In this document: piece after piece, positions 1 to 9,235 of the stretch
How positions within the stretch are numbered: position 1 is the first letter of the stretch
How the letters are laid out: the number at the start of each line of letters is the position of its first letter
Assembly: GCA_030638895.1 (NCBI GenBank)
Contig: DAOWDS010000027.1
Coordinates: forward strand, 1-51,368
Length of the DNA stretch: 51,368 bases
DNA from: Candidatus Moraniibacteriota bacterium
Lineage (GTDB): Bacteria; Patescibacteriota; Minisyncoccia; JAHIHE01; JAGLIN01
Direction: 5' to 3'
Translations under genes and position numbers: made by a program
The notes under the pieces: generated by a model
Database searches by the model: none
What the model saw: only the letters and a program-made list of their open reading frames with translations
Told to the model about the DNA's origin: nothing

Positions 1-852
1 TACAGAGGAGAATATGAAATATATCTATCTAATGTTGCTTTGGGAAAATTAGTTTCTCATGTTCAAGATCAAAACAGTGGTATTGAGTCTGAAGATGGTA
101 TGCAAAAAATTGCACTGGAAGCAAAAAATACAATTGATCATGTAAAAAGGGCTGTTGAGCTTGGTCCAAATAGTGCCTCCTTTTACCAAAGATTTGCATC
201 TTTGTATACAATATTAAATAAAGATTTAAATATTGAAAAAGCAGACGAATGGGCGATTACAGGATATCAAAAGGCGATTGAGCTAGAGCCAACTAATCCG
301 ATTTTTCATACTGAACTTGGCAGGATATATGTTTTTCAGTTTTATAAATTAAAAGCGGATGATAAAGCCGATCTTGCTATTAAAGAATTTCAAAAAGCGA
401 TTGAATTAAAAGATGATTACGCTGACGCAATTTTGGAATTGGGGCTTGCTTATGAAGCGAAAGGGGATTATGAAAAAGCAATTGAAACTATAAGCCATCT
501 TGAAAACATCAGAAATATAAGTGTGAATACCGCATTCCAGCTTGGAAGAATATATTATAATTTTGGAAAAAACAATGAGGCAAAAAACATATTTTTGGAA
601 ATAATAAGACTTAATCCCAATAATTCAAACGCGCGTTACAGTCTTGGTTTAATTTATGAAAAAGAAAAAAATAATCAAGCGGCGCTTAGAGAATTTGAAC
701 TTGTTTTATCTTTAAATCCGGATAATCAGGAAATTATAGAAAAAATTGACGAACTAAAAGAACTTATAGAAGAAGAAATTAAAAAATCAGAACCGGTTCC
801 GGAGCCGATCGTAGAGGAGGAAAGCGTTGAAGATGAAATAGTGGAAGAATAA
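1..852 (+). CDS. TPR-repeat protein, C-terminal part (ORF open at the left window edge)
   Basis: Frame 1 is open from base 1 (YRGEYEIYLSNVALGKL precedes the first Met at 40). Repeated TPR-like motifs are present (YQKAIELEPTN, FQKAIELKDDYADA, LEIIRLNPNNSNA, ELVLSLNPDN). The tail is acidic. Confidence 0.7.
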   Translation, partial: YRGEYEIYLSNVALGKLVSHVQDQNSGIESEDGMQKIALEAKNTIDHVKRAVELGPNSASFYQRFASLYTILNKDLNIEKADEWAITGYQKAIELEPTNPIFHTELGRIYVFQFYKLKADDKADLAIKEFQKAIELKDDYADAILELGLAYEAKGDYEKAIETISHLENIRNISVNTAFQLGRIYYNFGKNNEAKNIFLEIIRLNPNNSNARYSLGLIYEKEKNNQAALREFELVLSLNPDNQEIIEKIDELKELIEEEIKKSEPVPEPIVEEESVEDEIVEE

Positions 853-928
853 ACTTATTATATTGCTAAATGGCTAAATTGTTGTATTGCCATATTAGAG
901 AAGGAGTAATGAAACTGCAATTAAAAAA

Positions 929-998
929 CCCACCCCAGCCCTCCCTTATCAGGGAGGGAGCCAAAAAGACCCTCCTGATAAGGGGGTTGGGGGGGGGT
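929..998. repeat. GC-rich imperfect palindrome ending in a G9 tract
   Basis: The arms are CCCACCCCAGCCCTCCCTTATCAGGGAGGG and CCCTCCTGATAAGGGGGTTGGGGGGGGG. A local hairpin CCCTCCC/GGGAGGG (939-958) competes with long-range pairing CCTTATCAGG/CCTGATAAGG. It is embedded in an AT-rich spacer. Confidence 0.7.
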
Positions 999-1060
999 TA
1001 AAAACACACAAGACTGTATATTATCACCATACAAAATTAACTGGATTCCCGTCGGAATTT

Positions 1061-1447
1061 ATGCTGAATTTATTTCAGCGAGCGAATGACAATTTAACAA
1101 TACAACAATTTATTTATATGAAACATAAATTAAAAATTGAAATCATTGGCAATAAAGTGAGTATATTTTTGTTAGATAAAAAAGGAAATATTATTTCTAA
1201 ATCAATCTGGATTGATAATCGAGATTTGTCGGAAAAACTTCTTGTCAAAATAGATAAATTATTAAAGAAAAATAATATCACTTTTTCAAATATTTATAAA
1301 GTTGATTTTGGTTGTGATTCTCCTTATTATAATCAAAAAGAAAAAAAGATGTTAATTGATGAAAATATACTATCGAAAAATAAATGCGGTTTTACAACTT
1401 GGCAAATTGGAGAAATAACGGCGAAGGTTTTTAATATGTTTAAATGA
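1061..1447 (+). CDS. hypothetical protein; the real start is probably the Met at 1118
   Basis: The ORF ends in TGA. The segment KIEIIGNKVSIFLLDKKGNIISKSIWIDNRDLSEKLLVKIDKLLKKNNITFSNI loosely resembles the N-terminal strand-helix pattern of TsaB-like proteins. The GPGSFTG motif is absent. Confidence 0.35.
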   Translation: MLNLFQRANDNLTIQQFIYMKHKLKIEIIGNKVSIFLLDKKGNIISKSIWIDNRDLSEKLLVKIDKLLKKNNITFSNIYKVDFGCDSPYYNQKEKKMLIDENILSKNKCGFTTWQIGEITAKVFNMFK

Positions 1448-1653
1448 TTTTTGGGGTTGACTGAAGCTAAAAAATAGTGTATACTACAAGTATAATAATA
1501 GAATAAACAATAAAAAAGGGTGAATGATCACTTCTTTTTTTATTTATCTATTATGTATGCTTCAAGATGAAGAAATTTCGAGTTTAAAAAAGATTTGGAA
1601 TCTAAAAAGAACAAACAAAAACAAAGGGGTGACCTAAATATAAAGGTCAAAAA

Positions 1654-2694
1654 ATGAGATTAGAAATAAAAAACAAAAATAACAAAAACAAAATTAAGCT
1701 TTTCGTGGTTGCGTTTTTTGTATTGCTTCAAATTAATTTTGTACACACAGCTTTATCTGCAACGATGAAAGCGCAAGAAATGATTGATTTAATGAATGAA
1801 TCGAGAATAGAGGCTGGTTTAAGTCCGCTAATTATTAATGGAGAATTATCTAGAGCTGCAATGGCAAAGGCAAATGACATGTTTGCAAATCAATATTTTG
1901 ACCATAACAGTCCTAGCGGAAAGACTCCTTGGAATTTTATTAAATCTGCTGGATATGAATATCAATTTGCAGGAGAAAATTTGGCAATAGATTTTATTAC
2001 AGCTAAAGCAGCCCATAAAGCATTAATGGAAAGCTCATCTCATCGAGCGAATATTCTAAATACAAGATATACAGAAATCGGTGTTGCTGTTATTGAAGGG
2101 CATTTTGAAGGGAATAATAGTATTATTATTGTTGAGGAGTTTGGAGTGCCGCTTCAAAAAAAAGAAGTCATTAATGTTAATATGCAAGAATTAGAAATTG
2201 AAATTGAACAAAGGATGAATGAAATTAATACTGAAGCTGTAAAAACAAATATTCAAAAAGTAAAAAGTGAAAAAAGTATTCAATCAAAGATTGAAGAAGG
2301 CTTAGATAAGAATTCAATCGTTAGCGGAGAGGAAATATATTTAAACGAAGAAAAAATAACTTTAGCTGAAGGTAGTTTTAACGGTGTTTGTGAAGCGGAA
2401 AATGTAATTTATGTTGAGCAAGGATTTATTAATGAAAATAATTATATTAATAATAAAATACAAACAGAAAGCAAGGCGGCTGAGAGAGAAAATATAATTT
2501 TAATTAATAAAGCTCATACAGCAGGCGGCAGCTTTAATAGTCAAAAATCGGTCTATGAGGCAAACAGTGGAGCAATAAAAAATGATTTAATTATTCAGAT
2601 AGCGCTCTTTTATGCAGTAACATTTTTTATGTTAGTTTTTAGTCCGACGCCATTTATTTGCCAAAATGTGAAAAAACTTTTTCAAAAAAATTAA
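1654..2694 (+). CDS. secreted/membrane-anchored CAP (SCP/YkwD-like) domain protein
   Basis: There is an N-terminal hydrophobic signal/anchor. The CAP-domain pattern is LMNESRIEAGLSPL...ELSRAAMAKANDM..YFDHNSPSG.TPW.......GYEY...GENLA......AHKALMESSSHRANIL...YTEIGVAV. There is a C-terminal hydrophobic segment. Confidence 0.75.
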   Translation: MRLEIKNKNNKNKIKLFVVAFFVLLQINFVHTALSATMKAQEMIDLMNESRIEAGLSPLIINGELSRAAMAKANDMFANQYFDHNSPSGKTPWNFIKSAGYEYQFAGENLAIDFITAKAAHKALMESSSHRANILNTRYTEIGVAVIEGHFEGNNSIIIVEEFGVPLQKKEVINVNMQELEIEIEQRMNEINTEAVKTNIQKVKSEKSIQSKIEEGLDKNSIVSGEEIYLNEEKITLAEGSFNGVCEAENVIYVEQGFINENNYINNKIQTESKAAERENIILINKAHTAGGSFNSQKSVYEANSGAIKNDLIIQIALFYAVTFFMLVFSPTPFICQNVKKLFQKN

Positions 2695-2986
2695 TCAGAG
2701 AAAAATTGCTAAATTTTATATCATTATTATCAGTAAAAACCTTTTATTTAAGAGATAAATTCAAAGTTTTTGACAGTTTTTCTTGTCAAAGACAAAGATC
2801 TGTGATAATATATAAGTATCAAGATGTATGGTGTATATGTAAATATACATCCAAAGGTCCATATATATCTGCTTTTTTTGTATCAAATTATATAAATTGC
2901 TAAATTGTTATTCTGCTCGCCAACTGGCGGACAGGATGATAAAAATTTAGCAGTAGTACAATTTAACAAGTTAACAATTTAATGAA

Positions 2987-3721
2987 ATGAATAATTATGA
3001 ACTACTTTATATTCTTCCTTCTAATATGACGGGCAAAGAAATCAAATCTACTTTTTTAGATATAGAAAAAGAAGTTCTGAAGATAGGAGGAAAGAAACTT
3101 GAGATTTTGCTTAACCACCCCTTTTTATTAAAGACGGAGATGTCAAAAGAAGAAGGTTCTGAGGAGTTAAAAAAACTTCCAGTGGTAAAACGCAAACTAG
3201 CATACTCTATAAAAAAAAATCGCTTTGGATTCTACTGCCTTTTTAATTTCAGCATTGATGGAAATAATCTTAAAGAAATTGATAAATGCCTTAAAGCGAA
3301 TAAAAATATTCTAAGGTATTTTATACTTCAATCTGATCCGATGAGTAAAGAAAAATTAATTCAACTGCAAAAACTGTTTGCTAGAAAAAAAGCCGAGCAA
3401 GACAAGGAAAAAAGAAAAGAAGAAGCAAAAACAGCTGAAAAAATGAAAGCAAAAGATGAAAGAAAAATTTCAAAGATTGAGGAAAAAGAAACTTTAGCAA
3501 AAAAGGAGAAGGAAATAATGTCAAAAGAAAATATCAAAAAGAAAGAAGAGAAAACAAATAAACAAATAATATCAAAAGAAACAGTGGAAAAGGGCAATAA
3601 GAAACAAGAAGAGAAAGAAGAGAAAGAAGAGAAAACAATAATCAAGAAGAAGAAAAAGAAAATAAAACTTGAAGACTTAGAAGACAAGCTTGACGAAATC
3701 CTTGAAGATTCAATGATTTAA
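2987..3721 (+). CDS. rpsF: 30S ribosomal protein S6 with a long Lys/Glu-rich C-terminal extension
   Basis: It begins with an MNNYELLYIL S6-type N-terminus. It occupies the first position of the conserved rpsF-ssb-rpsR arrangement. The C-terminal ~110 aa are low-complexity K/E. Confidence 0.8.
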   Translation: MNNYELLYILPSNMTGKEIKSTFLDIEKEVLKIGGKKLEILLNHPFLLKTEMSKEEGSEELKKLPVVKRKLAYSIKKNRFGFYCLFNFSIDGNNLKEIDKCLKANKNILRYFILQSDPMSKEKLIQLQKLFARKKAEQDKEKRKEEAKTAEKMKAKDERKISKIEEKETLAKKEKEIMSKENIKKKEEKTNKQIISKETVEKGNKKQEEKEEKEEKTIIKKKKKKIKLEDLEDKLDEILEDSMI

Positions 3722-3768
3722 ATTACAAAAATTAAATGTATTATAATTTAACAATTTAACAAAAAAAT

Positions 3769-4239
3769 ATGAACTTCAACAAAGCCATAATAATAGGAAG
3801 AGTAACAAAAGATCCCGAAACTAGGACTACTCCAAACGGCCAGACCGTAGCTTCAATCGGTGTAGCGTCTAACAGGGTTTGGAATACAAATAGCGGAGAA
3901 AAGCAAGAAAAAGTTGAATTTCACAGTATTGTTGCTTGGGGAAAACTTGCTGAAATATGCGGACAATACCTTGTAAAAGGACAATTAGTTCTTTTTGAAG
4001 GAAGACTGGAAACTAGAACATGGGAAGGTCAAGACGGAGTTAAAAGGTCAAAAACAGAGATAATAGCAGAAAATATGCAAATGGGACCGAGGTCAAGATC
4101 TCAAGAAGAGAATTCGTCTTATCAGGCTAAAGAAACTCCTGTGCAGAACAATACCGATCAGAATCAAATGAAAGAGCAAGTTCCCAAAGAGAATGACTCT
4201 AATGATGAAGAAATAAAGATTGAAGATATTCCGTTTTAA
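3769..4239 (+). CDS. ssb: single-stranded DNA-binding protein
   Basis: The OB-fold N-terminus is MNFNKAIIIGRVTKDPETRTTPNGQTVASIGVA...FHSIVAWGKLAEICGQYLVKGQLVLFEGRLETRTWE. The tail is acidic and ends in the canonical DIPF. Confidence 0.92.
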   Translation: MNFNKAIIIGRVTKDPETRTTPNGQTVASIGVASNRVWNTNSGEKQEKVEFHSIVAWGKLAEICGQYLVKGQLVLFEGRLETRTWEGQDGVKRSKTEIIAENMQMGPRSRSQEENSSYQAKETPVQNNTDQNQMKEQVPKENDSNDEEIKIEDIPF

Positions 4240-4262
4240 ACAAATTTTAAACTTAACCAATT

Positions 4263-4490
4263 ATGATGAATCATAATATATTACAGCCTAAAAAACAATG
4301 CTTGTTTTGTATTGAAAAAGAAAGGGATGCGGATTATAAAGATCCTCAAACATTGAGGAGGTTTATAAATCAGCGCGCAAAAATTATGCAACCAAAAAGA
4401 ACAGGAGCTTGCGCAAAACACCAACGACAAGTTGCAAACGCGATAAAAAGAGCAAGATTTATGGGATTGTTGCCATACGTAAGTAAATAG
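4263..4490 (+). CDS. rpsR: 30S ribosomal protein S18
   Basis: S18 pattern: C.FC.......DYKD...L..FI......I...R.TG.CAKHQR.VA.AIKRAR.MGLLPY. It follows ssb. Confidence 0.92.
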   Translation: MMNHNILQPKKQCLFCIEKERDADYKDPQTLRRFINQRAKIMQPKRTGACAKHQRQVANAIKRARFMGLLPYVSK

Positions 4491-4505
4491 ATTTAGATAT
4501 TATAA

Positions 4506-4544
4506 CAAAAAACATACCGACTTTAAAATTGGCATGTTTTTTTT
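4506..4544. terminator. probable bidirectional terminator between convergent rpsR and recA
   Basis: AAAAAACATACC-loop-GGCATGTTTTTTTT: a stem with one mismatch, flanked by an A-run and a T-run. Confidence 0.5.
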
Positions 4545-4545
4545 A

Positions 4546-4574
4546 TTGTCATTGCGACTAATTGTTCTCGCAAT
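4546..4574. repeat. TTGTCATT-family palindromic element (short form)
   Basis: TTGTCATTGCGA-CTAATTGTTC-TCGCAAT; the stem is ATTGCGA/TCGCAAT. Confidence 0.5.
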
Positions 4575-4605
4575 TACATCTGAAGATGAGGTCGCTTCAC
4601 ATTAC

Positions 4606-5640
4606 TTAAGCTTGAGCAGCCTCAACTTCTTTCTTCGCTGCCTGATTTATTTTACTAATAATCTCGTTCGCAATTTTTGGATTTTCTTTCAAAAATCTCT
4701 TGCTAGCCTCATTGCCCTGGCCAAGTTTATTCTCTCCATAATTATACCAAGCTCCGCCTTTTTTAACTATTCCATATTTAACTCCAGTATTTAAAATATC
4801 TCCATAATAAGAAATTCCCTCATTGTACATAATGTCAAATTCAGTTGTTTTGAACGGTGGAGCAACTTTATTTTTTACAACTTTCGCTTTTACTCTATTT
4901 CCAATTATATCTTCTCCTTTCTTTATCTTTGCCGATCTTCTAACCTCAATTCTTACCGAAGAATAAAATTTAAGAGCATTTCCTCCAGTTGTTGTTTCGG
5001 GGTTTCCAAATACAATTCCAATTTTCATTCTAATTTGATTGATAAAAACAACAGTCGTATTTGATTTATGCACAATTCCAGCAAGCTTTCTGAGAGCCTG
5101 GCTCATAAGGCGAGCTTGAAGTCCCATATGAGAATCGCCCATCTCTCCCTCAATTTCGGCCTTGGGAGTTAGAGCAGCCACAGAATCAATAACGACTAAA
5201 TCAACGGCGCTGGACCTAACCAGAGCTTCTACAATTTCCAAAGCCTGTTCCCCGCTGTCTGGTTGAGAAATTATTAAATTGTTTGTTTTAACTCCAATTC
5301 TTTTTGCATACTCAGGATCAAGAGCATGCTCTGCGTCCACAAAGGCGGCTGTTCCATCTTTTTTTTGAAGCTCAGAAACAATGTGTAATGATAAAGTTGT
5401 TTTTCCGCTTGATTCAGGGCCATAAATTTCAATTATTCTTCCTTTGGGAATTCCACCGCCAAGAGCGATATCAAGCGAGATTGAACCGGTTGAAGTAAAT
5501 TCAACATTCATAGTCTTAGTCTCTCCGAGTTTCATTATAGCTCCTTCACCAAATCTTCTTTTGATTTCATCTAGAGTTTCATTTATTAGTTTTTGTTTTT
5601 TTTCGTTATTGTCATTAATTTTTTTATCTTCTTTTGCCAT
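4606..5640 (-). CDS. recA: recombinase RecA
   Basis: It carries the Walker A motif GPESSGKTT. The RecA core IDSVAAL and the FINQIR motif run full length. Confidence 0.97.
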   Translation of the reverse strand: MAKEDKKINDNNEKKQKLINETLDEIKRRFGEGAIMKLGETKTMNVEFTSTGSISLDIALGGGIPKGRIIEIYGPESSGKTTLSLHIVSELQKKDGTAAFVDAEHALDPEYAKRIGVKTNNLIISQPDSGEQALEIVEALVRSSAVDLVVIDSVAALTPKAEIEGEMGDSHMGLQARLMSQALRKLAGIVHKSNTTVVFINQIRMKIGIVFGNPETTTGGNALKFYSSVRIEVRRSAKIKKGEDIIGNRVKAKVVKNKVAPPFKTTEFDIMYNEGISYYGDILNTGVKYGIVKKGGAWYNYGENKLGQGNEASKRFLKENPKIANEIISKINQAAKKEVEAAQA

Positions 5641-5671
5641 AAATTTTAAATTAAATTGTTAAATGACTCAA

Positions 5672-5702
5672 TTGTCATTCTGAAACAAGTTCAGAATGAC
5701 AA
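5672..5702. repeat. TTGTCATT-family palindromic element (minimal perfect hairpin)
   Basis: TTGTCATTCTGAA-ACAAG-TTCAGAATGACAA, located between the rodZ-like stop and the recA start. Confidence 0.8.
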
Positions 5703-5724
5703 GATTGTTAAAATGTTAGTATGT

Positions 5725-6513
5725 TTACGGTCCTATAAATTCTATTTTTTCATTTAAATATATATTTTCTTTATTGTTTTCTTCAAATATATTATTTTCT
5801 AAAAAATCAACTGGAACAGGCTCAAGCTTTTTTTCGTAGATTATATTCCTTATTTGTCTGGAAGTCCTATTAAACCTGTTTGTAGCTTCAATATTAAGAA
5901 CATTGTTGCCAGGTTTCAATAAAATTATTTCATTAAAATATCCGTCATAATCAACAAAAACATCTTCTCCGTTTATTTTTAAAACTGATTGAACTTCTGT
6001 TTGTCCGGCAATTTCTATTTCCGACTTATCTGATATTTGATCAACAATTGGATTTGAAATAAAAAGATATGGCGTTGAGTTAAAAGAACTAATCTGATGC
6101 CATAAATAGTATCCAATGATAAACAAAATGAATAAACTAAAAAAAACAGTTAATATTTTCGGGGTTATTATTATATAATTAGAAATCAAAAGTTTTTTTT
6201 CTTTAGTGGACTTTTCTTTGTTTTTATTTTTCATTTTAACATCAATCGCTTTTTCTTTACTGTATAAATCAACCATTTTTTGCGCGTTAGAGCCAATAAG
6301 TCGTGAATAGCTTTTGATAAATCCTTTAACATATACATCAGGAGGAAGTTTATTATAATTATTCTCTTCAATATCTTCAAGATAGCTCGTTTTTATTTTT
6401 AATTTTTCACTAACTTCTTTTATTGAAATTCCTTTTTTCTCTCTTTTTCTTTTTAAGAGTTCTCCGGCAGTTGCAGTAATATTTACTTTTTTAGTTTTAA
6501 ATTGAGTTAACAT
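5725..6513 (-). CDS. RodZ-like membrane protein with an N-terminal XRE-type helix-turn-helix
   Basis: The segment GELLKRKREKKGISIKEVSEKLKIKTSYLEDIEENNYNKLPPDVYVKGFIKSYSRLIG matches the RodZ N-terminal pattern. It is followed by a basic linker, one TM helix and a beta-rich C-terminal domain. Confidence 0.65.
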   Translation of the reverse strand: MLTQFKTKKVNITATAGELLKRKREKKGISIKEVSEKLKIKTSYLEDIEENNYNKLPPDVYVKGFIKSYSRLIGSNAQKMVDLYSKEKAIDVKMKNKNKEKSTKEKKLLISNYIIITPKILTVFFSLFILFIIGYYLWHQISSFNSTPYLFISNPIVDQISDKSEIEIAGQTEVQSVLKINGEDVFVDYDGYFNEIILLKPGNNVLNIEATNRFNRTSRQIRNIIYEKKLEPVPVDFLENNIFEENNKENIYLNEKIEFIGP

Positions 6514-6628
6514 GTAAATAAATTGTTAAATTATTGTATTGTTAAATTGTCATCCTAAATTCTTCACTAGTTTCATGATCTCTTTATGTTTTATTAATTT
6601 ATCTAAAATTTTACCCAAAATTCAAAAT

Positions 6629-8935
6629 TTATTGTTCTTCTACTTCACCTTCTTTGTTATCTCCGCCATCCCTCATTCCATAAACTTCTCTTGGTTTTGC
6701 TCCGTTTGCGGGACCTACTATGCCTTGTTCTTCCATTAAATCAAGTAGCCGAGCGGCGCGGGCATATCCAACCCTAAGCCTTCTTTGCAAAAGTGAAGCG
6801 GAAGCTTTTTCGGCGTTCATCACGGTTTCAATTGCTTCATCATACATATCGTCATCAATTATGTTATCATTGCCAGCTAAATCAATTGAGGATTTTTTTG
6901 CTTCTGTTATTTCTTCGTTATATTCAACTTTTTCCTCTTTCTGTTCTTTGAGAAATTTTACAACCATTTCAACTTCTTCTTCTGAAATAAACACTCCTTG
7001 AATTCTTTTCGGTTTGTTTGAATCATTGGAAAGATAAAGCATATCTCCATTTCCAAGAAGTTTTTCTGCTCCAGACATATCAATAATGGTTCGAGAATCA
7101 ATCTGACTTGCCACCTGAAAAGCAATTCTAGCGGTTATATTCGCCTTAATTAATCCCGTTATAACTTCAACTGACGGTCTCTGAGTTGAAAGAACCAGAT
7201 GAATTCCTACAGCTCTAGCCATTTGAGCCAATCTAACAATTGCTGCCTCAACTTCTCTTCCATGCGTTGACATAAGATCGGCAAGTTCGTCAATAACGAT
7301 TATAATATAAGGTAAAATTTCTTTTTGTTTATATTTTGTCTGTATGGTCTGATTATATGATTCAATGTTTCTACAGCCTAAATGGCTTAAGATTTCATAC
7401 CTATTTTCCATTTCTGAGATTGTCCACTTTAAAGAATTAATAGCTTTTTCGGGATCGGTTATAACTGGTGTCAAAAGATGAGGGATATTATTATAAGAAG
7501 AAAGCTCAACTCTTTTTGGATCTACCAGAATAAGCTTAAGCTTTTTGGGAGAATTTTGAAAAAGCAGTCCAGTAATTAAAGTATTAATGCACACTGTTTT
7601 TCCGCTTCCAGTAGATCCGGCAATCATAAGATGCGGCATCTTATCAAGATCAGCAAAAATCGCATTGCCAGCAACGTCTCTGCCTAAAATGATGTTCAAA
7701 TTGGATTTTCTGTTATAAAATTCAGCAGAATTTAGCATATTTTTCATTCTAACTATAGCTATAGATTGGTTTGGCAATTCAATTCCAACCAATGATTTTC
7801 CTGGAATTGGAGCTTCTATTCTTAAAGAGCGAGCCGCGAGAGAAAGAGCAAGATCATTTTGAAGAGAAGTTATTCTACTAAGCTTTATTCCAATTGACGG
7901 TTTTAAAGTATATTGAGTAACCGTAGGACCGACATTTACCTCTCCCATTGTAACCTCAATGCCAAAATCGGAAAGTGTTCTTTTTATAATATTTGAATTG
8001 GCTTTTATGTCCCCGCTAGTAGGATTACTGTCTCTTCCATTTAAAAGGTTTGGTGAAGGATTTTTCCAGTTTTTCATTCTTTGTTTATTATTTTTAATAG
8101 CCGTATCTTCAAAATCCAATTCTTCTAAATTTATATCATCTTTATCAGATTCCGAATTCTTAAAGGATTCGGAATCTTCGGTTTCTTTGTTAATATCACT
8201 ATTTTTTTCTATCGCTTTAACTGAAAATCTTGGTTCTTTTTTGTTTTTCTTAATTTTGTTTGCGATAGAAAAAAGCAGCCCCCCCTTTTTTTCTTTATTT
8301 TTTCCGACTATATTTATTTTAAGAGCGCTTTCTTCATTCTTGTCATTGTTATCTTCTGTATTTTTTCTATCAAGGCTAAGCCTATTTGTTTTTCGCGCAA
8401 ATTTAATCTTACTTAATAAATCCATAAATGATACATCAAAAGTCAGTAATAATGATATTATAAATAACGCAAAAATAATAATTAAGCCTCCCCATTTGCC
8501 AATTAGACTAACCAAAATCCATGCCAAAATTAAACCTAAAAAACCGCCTCCAGTTCCTGACTTTGCGACTTCAAGCATTACAGCCGGTTCATAAAAAATA
8601 TGCATAAAAGAAAGCGTGGAAAAAATCATTGTTACTATTCCAAGCATAGAGATTCTGCTTTCAAAAATATTTTCGGCTTTAAGCATTTTCCATCCCCACA
8701 AAATTAAAGCGAACGGAAAAAGAATAATTCCCCATCCAAATAAAATTTTTATGATTTCGCTCAACTTTTTTCCGAGTTCTCCAGCCAAATCTGCAAAGCT
8801 TAAAATGCTTATTAGCGCTAAAACAAAAAGAAAAATAGCTATAACGTCTTTTTTTATCCAATCGTCAATTTCAATTTGCGAAAGTCCGAATGGCAGACTA
8901 TTATAACTTCTTCTTTTTCTTCTTTTTCTTGACAT
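6629..8935 (-). CDS. ftsK: DNA translocase FtsK/SpoIIIE
   Basis: The N-terminus has several TM helices. The motor has Walker A GSTGSGKT and Walker B IIVIDELADL. The C-terminal gamma winged-helix is LLQRRLRVGYARAARLLDLMEEQGIVG. Confidence 0.95.
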   Translation of the reverse strand: MSRKRRKRRSYNSLPFGLSQIEIDDWIKKDVIAIFLFVLALISILSFADLAGELGKKLSEIIKILFGWGIILFPFALILWGWKMLKAENIFESRISMLGIVTMIFSTLSFMHIFYEPAVMLEVAKSGTGGGFLGLILAWILVSLIGKWGGLIIIFALFIISLLLTFDVSFMDLLSKIKFARKTNRLSLDRKNTEDNNDKNEESALKINIVGKNKEKKGGLLFSIANKIKKNKKEPRFSVKAIEKNSDINKETEDSESFKNSESDKDDINLEELDFEDTAIKNNKQRMKNWKNPSPNLLNGRDSNPTSGDIKANSNIIKRTLSDFGIEVTMGEVNVGPTVTQYTLKPSIGIKLSRITSLQNDLALSLAARSLRIEAPIPGKSLVGIELPNQSIAIVRMKNMLNSAEFYNRKSNLNIILGRDVAGNAIFADLDKMPHLMIAGSTGSGKTVCINTLITGLLFQNSPKKLKLILVDPKRVELSSYNNIPHLLTPVITDPEKAINSLKWTISEMENRYEILSHLGCRNIESYNQTIQTKYKQKEILPYIIIVIDELADLMSTHGREVEAAIVRLAQMARAVGIHLVLSTQRPSVEVITGLIKANITARIAFQVASQIDSRTIIDMSGAEKLLGNGDMLYLSNDSNKPKRIQGVFISEEEVEMVVKFLKEQKEEKVEYNEEITEAKKSSIDLAGNDNIIDDDMYDEAIETVMNAEKASASLLQRRLRVGYARAARLLDLMEEQGIVGPANGAKPREVYGMRDGGDNKEGEVEEQ

Positions 8936-8944
8936 ATAATTACT

Positions 8945-8974
8945 AAATTGTTAAATTGTTAAATTGTTAAATTG
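8945..8974. repeat. 8-nt tandem repeat (AAATTGTT)x3 plus a partial unit, directly upstream of the ftsK start
   Basis: The sequence aaattgttaaattgttaaattgttaaattg is seen directly. In the ftsK sense it reads CAATTTAACAATTTAACAATTTAACAATTT. Confidence 0.85.
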
Positions 8975-9140
8975 AAATAAGCCATTTAATAAATTTTGAC
9001 AATATAGCAATTTAATAATTTATTTCCTTATTCTATTATAGCTTAAAATCACAGTTAAAGCAAAATGGATTATATTGTTAAATGGCTAAATTGTCAAATT
9101 GTCATTTCTATGGGAACTAGACTGCCTATCCAGTGGGCAA

Positions 9141-9189
9141 CAAAATCACAAAAAGCTCCACAGTCCCAAACATTTGGGAACAATGGAGC
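9141..9189 (-). terminator. rho-independent terminator downstream of rpoC
   Basis: The minus strand reads GCTCCA-TTGTTCCCAAATGTTTGGGACTG-TGGAGC followed by TTTTTGTGATTTTG. There is an inner stem TCCCAAA/TTTGGGA. Confidence 0.6.
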
Positions 9190-9235
9190 CAGCAAGTCCA
9201 ACAGTTTAAGTAATGTAGCAATTTAACAATTTAAT

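Noticed and set aside
5672-5702. A LexA/SOS (Cheo-type GAAC-N4-GTTC) box upstream of recA.
   Set aside because: The hairpin reads GAAC-TTGT-TTCA on the recA sense strand, not GAAC-N4-GTTC. It belongs to the TTGTCATT repeat family found at many non-SOS loci. uvrA has no matching box.
8945-8974. A possible CRISPR array or other spaced repeat, considered here and at 41683-41762 and 39336-39367.
   Set aside because: The units are 8-16 nt and directly abutting, with no spacers. This is far from CRISPR repeat/spacer geometry, and no cas genes are present.
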